A stretch of 63,999 bases of DNA, filler included, from Perkinsus chesapeaki ATCC PRA-425 (lineage: Eukaryota; Protista; Perkinsozoa): the NCBI GenBank assembly GCA_013115145.1. It is 8 parts of 8 records of this genome, joined end to end, with 100 filler letters (N's around TTAATTAATTAA, not from the genome) between each part and the next. Parts side by side here need not be neighbours in the genome. Positions count along the whole stretch, not along the records: positions 1 to 10,291 come from JAAPAO010000894.1; positions 10,392 to 13,896 come from JAAPAO010001399.1; 6 more parts are not named here. One strand, given 5' to 3'. The notes under the pieces are model-generated. The model did no database searches, was not told where the DNA came from, and worked only from the letters and a program-made list of their open reading frames with translations. Every line of letters starts with the position of its first letter. Position 1 is the first letter of the stretch. Positions 1 to 10,490 of the stretch are shown here, one piece after another. Both the position numbers and the translations under genes were made by a program.

Positions 1-146
1 TCTATTATATCTCCTCCTCCGTATCACTAGTAACATATTTCCTATCAAACTCCTTTCTATTATATCTCCTCCTCCTCCGTATCACTAGTAACATATTTCC
101 TATCAAACTCCTTTCTATTATATCTCCTCCTACTCCGTATCACTAG
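1..146. repeat. Minisatellite, 55-58 bp unit, about 2.6 copies (probably inside an EMG1 intron)
   Basis: Unit tctattatatctcctcctccgtatcactagtaacatatttcctatcaaactcctt starts at 1, 56 and 114; unit lengths are not multiples of 3. Confidence 0.9.
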
Positions 147-236
147 GAATAAGATCGTATAACTGTAACTTGGAGTAAATGCTTCGAGTGTGGAAGTAAA
201 CTCCCGCGTCCCTTGTTGGATATGATTGTTCCTCAG

Positions 237-359
237 GAGCCTCGTTTTGGTGGTGACTACGTTGAAGAGACCATTGCTATATCCAATCACGGTCTTAGTG
301 CGGCGATTTGCTGTGCTAAGTTAACCTGTGCTTTGGAGGATCGTTGGGGTATCATTTGA
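237..359 (+). CDS. EMG1: Final exon of 18S rRNA pseudouridine N1-methyltransferase EMG1/NEP1
   Basis: After acceptor ttcctcAG (235-236) the frame reads EPRFGGDYVEETIAISNHGLSAAICCAKLTCALEDRWGII*, matching the EMG1 C-terminal motif ISNYPLSAALTCAKLTTAFEEVWGV. Not in the supplied ORF track. Confidence 0.85.
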   Translation, partial: EPRFGGDYVEETIAISNHGLSAAICCAKLTCALEDRWGII

Positions 360-1722
360 GAGGCCACTACGTCATCCACGTTTTACCACATTTAAGCTGT
401 TGAGTTTGTACCAAGTGTAAGAGAAACCTTCAAGATCCGTTGGAAACTCGAAAACCACTGAAAACCCAAAACCCGCTGAGAGCCCCACACATGGAATAAT
501 GTGTAGATCGAATCAGCTTCCTCGACGACCCGATTCCTTTTCTTCCATACCTCACATGCATCCAGGCATCCCTCGCAAATCCCTCAAGCATCCCGATAGC
601 AAAAAGTTTTAGCCTCAAACACGTTGTGAGTATCTCGGTTAGATATCTCGCCTGTTTGAACCAGAGGCGAACAGTTCCTTAATTGGCGAAAAGGAAGACA
701 GAAATGCTGTTACGGAATAAGTTGATGTATCATCGTACTGCCATAAAGAATACCGACTGGTCAAAATGTTCAGTAAGCCTTTCCGAGTTGAATCTTTCCG
801 AGTCATCCAAAACGGTATCGTTCATAATCTTACTCCGCTCAGTAGTAGACTCGGTGCCCATTACGTAAAGACAAGACCGACTCGGTTGTTAGCTGTATGA
901 GGTTCATGTTTCCGGTTTATTTAAAAAATCTCCAACTAACGTTATGAACATTGGCTACCTGAAGCAAGTTGTGATGGATGCCTGGGTTGCCATGCCTGGA
1001 TGCATGCGAGGGATCGGAGGATGCATGCCTCGCTTCGTCGAGGAAACTGATGGGGGTTACTAAGCATATGTTCAATATTCGATATACTATATCACTATGT
1101 TTTCTCTGTTTAACTCTACCAGCGGTTTTCCCTGCTTTCCTAATGTTGAATTACCTACTGGGGCCGAGTAGTTAGAGGACGAATAATGCCCAGAATAGTG
1201 ATCCTATTTATTTTTATAGATCTCATTGAGCCTCTTCTTGGTATGTCTCACATCATCAGACTCGTCGGGTACGAATAGGAGCGGTGGGCTCTTATTTTTT
1301 ATGCACTCTGTATAAAATGTTCCCGCACCCGCGAGTATGCTATCTAACGAGTAGTCCGGTGTAATTGTCTTTGCACTACCACTGACCTCGTTGGAATCGT
1401 TGGAGGGTTGATGCCACTTACAGTGTACTGTAAACTCAATACTGGCATTTTGCTGAATAACCCCGATAAAGGTGTACAACAAGAGTTATAGTAAGGAATA
1501 ACAGAGCTGTAATGTGGCAGCAGCAGCAGGCCCAGGCTGGCGTATTGTTGCGTGAATACAGAAAACAACTGATAACATTCTAGGACAATGTAAGAAATGG
1601 TATCAGTATAAATGCCAAATAATCCCTATTTGGCGCCATAGGGCCAGAGCTCTCTATGGGGCGCGTAAATATAAATGAACAACAACCATGCGCACCAAAA
1701 TAATAGTATACAAACCCAATCA

Positions 1723-2523
1723 TTAGGAAAGCAGATCGCCAAGAGCCATACTGTAGGCCAAGTGCGTCTGAGCGTAGGGATCAGCGACCTCAGTGAACTT
1801 AGGCTTCTGCGGGACATACTCACGAATTGGCCTTCTGTGGCGATGAGAGCGTCGAGGTGGCCTCGGATTGGTCGGTCGAGGGAACTCCAATGGACGACCA
1901 GTGCCGAGTTCGAACACTTTCGGTCGGAACTCCTCAGCAGCTGCGTTCACGGGGCTTTCTCGAAGGTGCTCAACTTGTGCCTGAAGGCCCTGATTCTTCG
2001 CCGGTTCGACGACCAAAGGTCGACCGTCTACAGCAAGGTCATTGAAACCGTCGATGAATTTTTGAGCATGTTCTTGAGATGCAAAGTTAATGAGTGCGAA
2101 ACCAACAACTTCGTGAGTCTTGAAGTTGAGAGGCACATAAAGGAAGTCGTAAAGGCCAAAGAAGCCAGCGGAGTCGAGAACCCTCTTCACATAGCCGACG
2201 CTGCAGTGCTCTTGAAGATTGTGCACCATAACCGTGGTAAACGACACCTCTGTATCGCCCATATGGGAGCAGTCGTCCACTGTAGATGCTTCGTCATCAG
2301 AGCCAACCCTATAAGAGGATCGTCGAGGCTCTCGCTGGAATCTTGTGCACGAACGGCTTCTTGGTCGGAGTGTCAACGCCGCTGGAGACCCTGGAATGAG
2401 CGACACGCTGGGGCCGCCAAAGTGAAGGAATGTATTGTACAGCTGACAGTCGACGGGCTCGCCAGACGGTCCACTCGCTGTAGACATAGAGAAAGGAAAT
2501 ATGATAACTTCTGAGTTATACAT
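1723..2523 (-). CDS. Mei2-like RRM (RRM_2) RNA-binding protein, intronless
   Basis: TTVMVHNL...YDFLYVPLNFKTHEVVGFALINF matches the Mei2 C-terminal RRM (TTLMIKNIP...YDFLYLPIDF...VGYAFIN). Confidence 0.85.
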   Translation of the reverse strand: MYNSEVIIFPFSMSTASGPSGEPVDCQLYNTFLHFGGPSVSLIPGSPAALTLRPRSRSCTRFQREPRRSSYRVGSDDEASTVDDCSHMGDTEVSFTTVMVHNLQEHCSVGYVKRVLDSAGFFGLYDFLYVPLNFKTHEVVGFALINFASQEHAQKFIDGFNDLAVDGRPLVVEPAKNQGLQAQVEHLRESPVNAAAEEFRPKVFELGTGRPLEFPRPTNPRPPRRSHRHRRPIREYVPQKPKFTEVADPYAQTHLAYSMALGDLLS

Positions 2524-3158
2524 GAGGACACGTTCGCTGGATAAGCTGTAGAATGTGATGGGAACACACGTTTACCGAAGTGACGACGACGATTGTTAAA
2601 AATTCCTCTCATTAGTGATACTATAGTGTGAGGATTTTAAGAGTGAATGATATCAACCAATTCTGCTTCATGACGTGTATGCTTTATCTTGGTGTGGACG
2701 GTAAACGTACTTCGACGCTAACACTTACCAGAAGACAGAATGCACAAACATGTTGCACGCATGCACAAGCAAACCGCTACCACGACGGAATTAACAATGG
2801 TGAGCCGAATGTCATCGTAAACAAAGGCTTTCCTCGGCGCATTCTGACACCTCTAGCTACTAGTATGGAACGTCCCTACAGGCAATTATAGCGCGAGATT
2901 TTTTAATCTACCAATCTGGCAACAAACATGTCATCCACCTTTAATGGACCATCCATTCAAATGATGCGACCGACAAAATTCTCCCAATTATAACATTTTC
3001 CACCCCACGCAGACTTACCTTATTTGAGCGCAAGATTAGTACTACAATAACAAAACAGATTTGATGAAGGGTGTGTAACAACAGATCAGGGAGCCTACTG
3101 CTCTACCAAAGAAGACCTGATTAATAATACCCTATTGGAGGTTCTAAGAACAATGACA

Positions 3159-4367
3159 TTAAGAATGATACGATAGAGCGCGCCTATGATGCTCGACTGT
3201 CTCGTCGTTGAGGATGCCACTACGCTTGTAATATTCGATCAGGAAGGCTTCGCAGTCTTTGCCATCGGTGCCGGGGACATCCATCCTCGGGTCGGGTTCA
3301 ACAAAGAATGGGATAGAATAACGCGATCTTTCACAGGTGGCTTGCCGAACAACGCGATGAATGTTAGACTTGTACAGTCCATTGGTTATTTGCATCATCA
3401 TATCACCAACATTAACCACGAAAAAGTCATATTCCGTATTTGGGGGCACTTCGATCCATTCTCTCCCGTTAGGAGAAAGGACTTGCAGGCCACCAGAGCA
3501 ATCTTGCAAAAGTAAAGTGAGCAGCCCATAGTCTCTATGAGCCCCGATACCGATGGTCTCGCCGGTCGGTAGCTTACACTGCTGACTCCCCTTACTCGGA
3601 GGGTAATGTAGCATTCTTAAAGTACTAACCATATTATCAAAGTTACAGTGCGCCACCAGACCAGGAGACAGTTTGTGGTAACGCTGCAAGGCTAGCTCGG
3701 AGAGGCCGATCAGCTGAGCGGAGAGGTCGACGATATCCTCATAGTAGGAGTTAACAAAATCCCTGAACTCTGCGGCAGTGATTGTTCCTGATACACCAGC
3801 CGTATTGCGATTTAGGGGCAACTGTAGGTCTTCGTGGTAATAATACAAATAGTCCGAAGCATCGGTGCTACTGCTTGCTGGTGACGAAGGCCGCATCTCC
3901 TCGCTGAAAGCTTTAGGCCATCGGTTCATCTCAGGATTGCAAAATAACTGTCCGACAACTGTGTCGGCGTGCAAACCAGAGACAGGAGGATTATCACGGC
4001 CAACTTCCCAGCCTTCCTTAGAGTCGATAACCTTATTCTGATAAGTGTTTTCTTTAATAGAAGTAAGACCTTCAATATTCTCACCACCGACGCCAAAGTA
4101 GCCACGGATAGAGTGTTCAACAGGCCCAAGAGTTGAGCGTTTTTCGCTGCTACTCAAGTTGAACAGGGCCGACGCCATCTCCATAGCTTTGCGATTTCTC
4201 GCTGGAGGGAACTTAAGGGCATTCTTAACCATCATAAACCCAACAGTGGTCATAGCCAAATCAATGGACTCGACAAGATCGGGCAATGGAGCGTTGAGGT
4301 CTACTATAGGAATGCTCTGTGTGGTGGGGACCATGTTCAGTTCTGACGGTTGTGAGTGAGAGGCCAC
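3159..4367 (-). CDS. 2-oxoglutarate/Fe(II)-dependent oxygenase (IPNS/DIOX-like)
   Basis: N-terminal IPIVDL; HxD motif HRDYGLLTLLLQD; NVGDMM; HRV; RYSIPFF. Confidence 0.92.
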   Translation of the reverse strand: MASHSQPSELNMVPTTQSIPIVDLNAPLPDLVESIDLAMTTVGFMMVKNALKFPPARNRKAMEMASALFNLSSSEKRSTLGPVEHSIRGYFGVGGENIEGLTSIKENTYQNKVIDSKEGWEVGRDNPPVSGLHADTVVGQLFCNPEMNRWPKAFSEEMRPSSPASSSTDASDYLYYYHEDLQLPLNRNTAGVSGTITAAEFRDFVNSYYEDIVDLSAQLIGLSELALQRYHKLSPGLVAHCNFDNMVSTLRMLHYPPSKGSQQCKLPTGETIGIGAHRDYGLLTLLLQDCSGGLQVLSPNGREWIEVPPNTEYDFFVVNVGDMMMQITNGLYKSNIHRVVRQATCERSRYSIPFFVEPDPRMDVPGTDGKDCEAFLIEYYKRSGILNDETVEHHRRALSYHS

Positions 4368-5121
4368 TTCTTATTATAAACCCAAGGTTGACGATACAAA
4401 GGCATAAGCAAGCCTAATAGGCTGCTGGATCTTGTAAGCTGCAAGATCGAGTTATGAGCAAATGACTACTTCCGTCACGCGCCTCAGTTCTTCGCGCGCG
4501 CCAATATGTTCGATTGTGCCGACCGAGGGACAGCGCTACTTCTTTATCGCTCGCCTGAAACCGTCATATCTGTAACGGTTCTAAGATAACTGTTCTATAG
4601 TTCCTTCTGAGGATCCTAAAATTAGGTGAACTTACACTGAGTTCTCTAGGGAACTTATATTGAGTTCTATCTGAACTATTTGCGATATAGTTGGACTTCT
4701 ATTTAGTCTATTCTAATCTATTAGCTGTGGTATCTACTCGTTAGTATCTGCATCTATAGTCTAATCTAGTTATAACCAAACTCTTGCGTTTAACTAGTAT
4801 CTTGAGCTCGTCTAACCACTCGCTCTACTATATCTGATTGCCTCTTCTAGTCGTGTTACAAGCCAAACGGGATGCTACTTAGATCTGGGACGAAATTATC
4901 TACTCTCGATCGCTCTGTTCTCTCTCATGATTCAACAGGTTTAACTCCTTCTACACCTCCTCCGTCTAACGGCGCTACACCATCATCTAGAACAACCACT
5001 AACCCTAGATCTTCTACGGTTTCTTCAATTATTAATCTAAGTCGTCCCGTACACGATAGCAGTTTTGAAGTGTAAAGGTGTTGGCCTTCGTTATTCTCAG
5101 CCCCCCACAGGTCCCAGTGCC

Positions 5122-6637
5122 TTATCGTGGCGTGGGGATTACTGGGTGGTGAATTCCAACCAGATCAAAACTGGAATCGAGCTGCCACCGCTCTAAGAAC
5201 GATTTTCCAGCTCTTACATCCACTCGAACGAGGTTCTCACCTCGGGTTCGACGTATGTCGCTGCCGGGGCCGAACGCGCGCATATCTCGGGTTGAACGTC
5301 CGCACACGCGTAGGGAAAGGTATACTATGGTTAATCAACCTGTAACTCTTGGAGGATTTCATCTGCAACAGGTCTAGAGTCTTTGGAGCCGTGTAGCAGT
5401 ACCAGGCAACCGTGTCCACCGTCCACAGCATGCGGCCCCACAACAACCTTAGTTGTCCCTCCCCCGTAGTCAAGCCCTATGACTAATATTCCCGCTGGGC
5501 CAGTCGAGCTACTTGACGTACTCAGTCCGAAACTCTCGCAAACAAACTCTAGCATCTGTTTAGCTACCAGTGGTAGCTAAACAGATGCAAACGAAACCTT
5601 GATAGCAGCCCTCGTGGGGAAGATAGCCAATCCAATGTCTCGGTTAATTTCGTTGGCTAAGAGCTCGACTTTGCGCTGGGACAGGCTAAGCTGTGATGCA
5701 TATGACTTCACCCTTGGCATATCCATCTTTGCGGGGGACTGAGGGACATCCTGGGGCAACTTGAAGAGGTGCGAAACGCCCTGCTCCTCTGCGAGTCGCT
5801 CAAAAAAGCGAGCTTTGCTATGTTGATTGAGGAACTGTAACCCTTGGAACCCCGCAATCAGTTTATCCCCCACTCTCAGCGAAACTTTGTCTAAGCTTCT
5901 CGAATCCTTCTTCGGCCGTCCCGAACCAGCTCTTCGCTTCTTCCAGCCACCACGCAATGCCTTGGGCTTGTTCTTCCACGCATAAGGGACAGAGCCTCGC
6001 GGGAGATATTTCTCCATCCAGGAGAGTGTCCCCTTCCCAAGAGCTATCCTGCAATTGGGGCACAGTCCCCAATAACGCTAGCCATGAGCTCCGCTGACTC
6101 GGCAGCCGGACGGAAGCCCTTCGCAGCATGTCCATACAGATAACGAGTATTTGCTTGTGATATTCACGAAAAACAAGTTCCCTGTGAAATAATCCTTGAA
6201 AAGCGTAACGTGCCAAGAATGAACGGTGCTTACTTAACACAATAATGTATTTTGCCTTGAAACACCCACCGTGCAAGATTGAAGCACTGAGTTCGAATAT
6301 CGGAGTGAAATTTTGGGGATCGGCTGGGTTCATACTCTACTGCTTGTCGATTTTTTAGAGGCACTCTGAAATTTGGCAGCACCGTGCTCCGTATGTCCCC
6401 CTGGAACTGCGCCAATCCGCTGGATCGAGATACCCGTTGGAGTGCCGGAGGAACTGCTCCAGAGAACTTCTTCCGGATTCGGTGAGCCTCGGTGGCCGTT
6501 CTGAATATACAGGAGTATCCATTCAGTCCCGCAAAATGTACTTTTTCGAATAACTTCTTCAGGGGGCGATTATTTTGGAGACACGTGAGACGTTCGGAAG
6601 CTCTTGAGAGCGGCTTTGTAAGCAGTATACGAAACAT
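5122..6637 (-). pseudogene. Fragmented ORFs, possibly a decayed or spliced Transib/RAG1-like DDE transposase
   Basis: GSGRPKK; LSLSQRKVELLANEINRDIGLAIFP resembles the RAG1 LSCSQY...GRQIFQP segment; LVIGLDYGGGTTK is a candidate first catalytic Asp. Similarity judged by eye only. Confidence 0.3.
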
Positions 6638-7833
6638 AATGATATCCGGAGGGGTTGGAGAGAGATCCGGTCTAAGGTGATAACTTTCGGTGATAAGTTC
6701 CGGTCTAAGTCCCAGACATGTAAGAATTGGAAGTTCAGTGAGTTGAGCTGCTCAACCCACTCCTGACAGGAGTCTCTGTCCCTAACATACCTTTTGGGGA
6801 TCAAACTGCTTGGTCCAAACAAGGCTAGCTCCTTGAAGCCTCCAAGTTGAAGGCGAAGCGCGATATTATTGAGCCGACAAGATGACCCTGATAAACGCCC
6901 CGATCATGGTTGCTCCGAGCAACTCGACATGTAGACAATGCCTTCTAGGCACCTTGACTGAGTCTTGAGTCTGACGATTCTTGAGCGTGCTTCTCGCAAG
7001 TAGTTGACTGAGGTATCACACTGCGGTAGTCACAGTTCCGATCGTACCTTGGATAACTCGTCGGGTGGAAAGCCGAGCTCTGCCATGGTCTGCGTGGTAT
7101 GAAGACGCGTGTAGTTCCTCCTACTAATAGATGTGACGTACTCCTTAAAAGAGGTACTTCTCAAGGACCTTGGCAAAATTCCTGGAATTTTCTTGGCAAT
7201 GGTTCAGTGATTATAAATGTACTATGAACAAGATGCTCGCAACTGGCATTTGCCAACTGCAGCCATGCTGGCTCGCCAAGACCGATTGAATCGGTGATAA
7301 CATTAATTTTGCCGAGCCTTATTGGGTTGAGAAATCCAGTGTTAGTCAGACTAACTAAGAGTCTTCAATAGAGACTAACTTCGTCTCCTCAAGTCAAGTA
7401 CCTTGACCGTTCAGAGCAACTACATGAATTGACTGTGAGAACTCAACCTTCTGAACGTTACGTTATAGGATTATATGGAGATGTGCGGTACATAGTGTAC
7501 CTATTTCATAATGAAATTCTCATTGGTTTGACAGGTGATATGGCTGCACTGCAATATTGAAAGTAATATCGACGGCAGTGTGCCAATACACATAGTGCCA
7601 ATACATATAGTGCCACCAGGTCGGAGAAGAAAATATAAGCAACCATTCGAACGGGCTTAGCCATACATGATCATATCCGCAATAACGATATTTTTATGAA
7701 AGTGAACGTTATCGCTTTTGACCCCAAAATGGAGGATGGCCTCATGGCTCCATCCATTATCCATTTGGGTTATTGCTATTTCCATCACAACATGCAACTC
7801 GAACCCATCTTTATTAGCCCGTCGGTCCCATGT

Positions 7834-8466
7834 CTAATGCAGCCCACTGCCACCTATGTTGCTTCCGAAGGCTAAACCGACTCTGGCGATCCATGGGATC
7901 ACAATAGAAGGTATAGTGCCGTCGCTCTCTATGTTACCAGTACCTACCGCTGGGAAATTCAAATCGCCCTCACGGCCACCATAAAAATTGGCGCTTTTAA
8001 CCAGCCCAGCTGTGCTACCAAGGGTGAGGTGTAACTTGTAGCCACCGGCCTCGAAGAGTAATTGGGCCCAATTCTCACATGTGACCTGGATATATTGGAG
8101 TGAACCATTATCATACTTCAGGAGCTCGAAGCGAAGTTCAAAGATGCCATCCTGACCGGGGTCATTCGTCTTCAACAAAATGCCAGTTCCGTTCATGTTT
8201 TTACCAGCGACGTTAAAGAGGCATGTTTTTCCCCAAACATCTTCGCTAATAACTCCTTTTTTGTAACATCCTGGAGGGAAATCACGTGTTACCTGGGTTT
8301 CTCCATATACTGTAACCACAACATACTCTTGGACCCAAATAGCTCCAAACAAGCGTAAGAAGAGTAGGTTGAGCAGCTGAGTATTCATTTGGTATTTCAC
8401 GGATAGGTGAAAGCTGATAAAAACAGTCCAGAAGAAGCTACTATGAAAGGAGCTCAAGCTTCTCAA
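7834..8466 (-). CDS. Hypothetical secreted or lineage-specific protein (may continue in further exons)
   Basis: 210-aa ORF with hydrophobic N-terminal segment (MNTQLLNLLFLRLFGAIW) and a beta-rich Cys/Gly body; no family recognised. Confidence 0.5.
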   Translation of the reverse strand: MRSLSSFHSSFFWTVFISFHLSVKYQMNTQLLNLLFLRLFGAIWVQEYVVVTVYGETQVTRDFPPGCYKKGVISEDVWGKTCLFNVAGKNMNGTGILLKTNDPGQDGIFELRFELLKYDNGSLQYIQVTCENWAQLLFEAGGYKLHLTLGSTAGLVKSANFYGGREGDLNFPAVGTGNIESDGTIPSIVIPWIARVGLAFGSNIGGSGLH

Positions 8467-9760
8467 AACGCTGATGATCTGAAACCCAACGACGCCTCAG
8501 CGAGACGCCCTCGCTAATGCGTTGGATCAACTTATGAGGCTGAGAGGCCTCAAAATGGGTCTCAATGCCCGGAAGGTCTCAATGGCTTGAAAATAGCGTT
8601 AGATATCTGTAAGTTATGTACCATAACCAACCCTGAGGCCATGCGCCTCAGGCTTCTATTGCCCATCGGGGTGAGCGTGGGATATCGCAGGTGAAGCTAT
8701 ATTCATTTTAGGGAACATTCCCAGAATCCTCTGCTGACTCTCGTGCGGACTCCCCGCTATCCTATTATCCACACTCTTAGGATAATCCTAAGAATGTGGA
8801 TATTGCCGATAAGAGAGCAGCCTGTGTGGCATCCGTTCTTCATCGTCGATGAATCATCGATCAAGGTCGCCTAGAGGAGCATGGCAACTGCTGCGGAGGC
8901 AGTATCTGCAAGTTACCAACTCGCACGCACGAGAGTTCGCCAATAGCTTTCGACACTGTCGAGCTTCGAGGAGCCTAAGGCCTATCAAAGCCTTGTGAGG
9001 CGATTACTTTTGTACATACCAAGTGCACCACGGACATTGTCGACAAAGTCGGTCTGGCTCTATACCGGTTTGTGAAGGATGTGCTTATCGACCTTGTAGC
9101 TTGCAAGTAGGCAACGCCGTTGCCGCAACGCCTTAGCTCCCAGCTGAGGGGTTTATAGCTGTGGTACCGAATAACGTACGCTCGCCGTATCTTATGAATT
9201 TAGTGTCGTATCAGGATAAAAATGAACTCTTTCCTCTAATTACATCTACCACCGAGCAGGGCTATGGGAAGAGAATCCAACAGGAACATTAAACATTTTT
9301 TCGGTGGGCTCCAGGAGCCTCCTATCATACGTACTGCACAACGTGCACCTTCTATCGCGTCGATCTGCTTCTTTCTATTTAGTGCGCATGATACCGCGGT
9401 CCAAATACAGTGAAGGCAGATAATCAACTCAACAGAATAGCCCTCATAAATCTCTGCGTGTCTGCGTCACGTGGGGGTGACCGGTTCTCCGGCATCACGT
9501 AGAGATCATTGATCTCAGATTAACCCTACCACTATAGCACGTCCCTCTGCCGGCGCGCACTTCCGCGCTCCTCCAAAGCATGATGTTTTAAAAATCTAAA
9601 TGAAACATGTTTAACATTGGAAACAACTAACGAGGCTCAATGAAAGTTGGCATAACTCGCGAACTTGAAAGATCGGGCGCGCGCGATACGAATCAAAGAA
9701 AGCGCTCGCCTTTGTAATCGATAATCTGCGCCAGTCAAGTTGAGTGGATAGAACAGCAAA

Positions 9761-10291
9761 ATGCCACCAAAAAAGGGCAAGAAAGGCAAAGAAGGGGGCG
9801 GCAAAAACGACGAGAATGCTAACAGTAAGTGACCTGTCCTCTAGTAGATATTATAGTGACAAAAAAACTAGTGTAGACTCCTGTCTGATAAAATACCCCG
9901 AAGTTCAGCGACAGTGAACGTGAGAAAACGAGCTTTAGAATGGTATCTCATGTTGAAGCTTGGCTTTCGTTCATTTGATGCATTGATCAACCATATCAGC
10001 CGAAATTCGAATCACTCTTTAACTCAGGGCAGGACGCTGAAGCCGCAGAAAAGCTACTGGCACTTCAGAAGGAAGCTAAACGTATACGAGAAGATTACGA
10101 AGTAAACCTTCCGCGAAAATGGCTCTACATGGCGGTCACTTAGGATGAAGAGAAACTTTACAATCAGTTCCTCCAAGAACGAGAGAAAATAAATTACTTT
10201 TGGACTTGTAAAGAGTTTCCCTTGCTCGTGGAAGTGTACCGTGTTGAAAGGTGCCAAGAAGACACGTAACGAGCGGGAAGCCGAGCTTCGC
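9761..10291 (+). CDS. GAS8: GAS8/DRC4 dynein regulatory complex subunit, 5' exons (cut by gap)
   Basis: Spliced reading MPPKKGKKG...ANRQDAEAAEKLLALQKEAKRIREDYE|DEEKLYNQFLQEREKINYFWT|...AKKTRNEREAELR. Exons 9761-9824 and 10028-10101, third exon from 10144. Matches the GAS8 motif LERDKIxxFWEIT...KAELRNK. Confidence 0.8.
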
Positions 10292-10391
10292 NNNNNNNNN
10301 NNNNNNNNNNNNNNNNNNNNNNNNNNNNNNNNNNNTTAATTAATTAANNNNNNNNNNNNNNNNNNNNNNNNNNNNNNNNNNNNNNNNNNNN
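10292..10391. other. Assembly gap with six-frame-stop linker TTAATTAATTAA; same at 13897-13996, 24284-24383, 29720-29819, 46053-46152, 52655-52755, 62521-62620
   Basis: Identical N-run/linker/N-run structure of about 100 nt at seven sites. Confidence 0.98.
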
Positions 10392-10490
10392 GAGCTCTCC
10401 TTCTTCCCATCGCCCTCTACGGAGCTCTCCTTCTTCCCATCGCCCTCTACGGAGCTCTCCTTCTTCCCATCGCCCTCTACGGAGCTCTCC
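10392..10490. repeat. 30-bp coding tandem repeat (ESSVEGDGKK), at least 3 copies running into the gap
   Basis: ggagctctccttcttcccatcgccctctac repeated exactly. Confidence 0.9.

Noticed and set aside
400-1600. Probable multi-exon gene fragments on minus; similar cases at 8700-9430, 21330-22200, 24384-26600, 38900-39360, 46153-47420, 58620-59500
   Set aside because: Could not assemble exons or recognise a family without tools.
1675-2514. 279-aa plus-strand ORF
   Set aside because: Antisense shadow of the Mei2-like gene; no recognisable motifs.
6909-8860. Isolated 7-bp-arm spacer-1 palindromes (6909-6923, 8846-8860)
   Set aside because: About four are expected by chance in 64 kb, so they were not counted as evidence for the scar signature.
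10336-10347. TTAATTAATTAA palindrome repeated at seven sites
   Set aside because: Always centred in N runs; artificial six-frame-stop scaffold linker. ORFs extending into these gaps have false ends, and adjacency across gaps is unverified.
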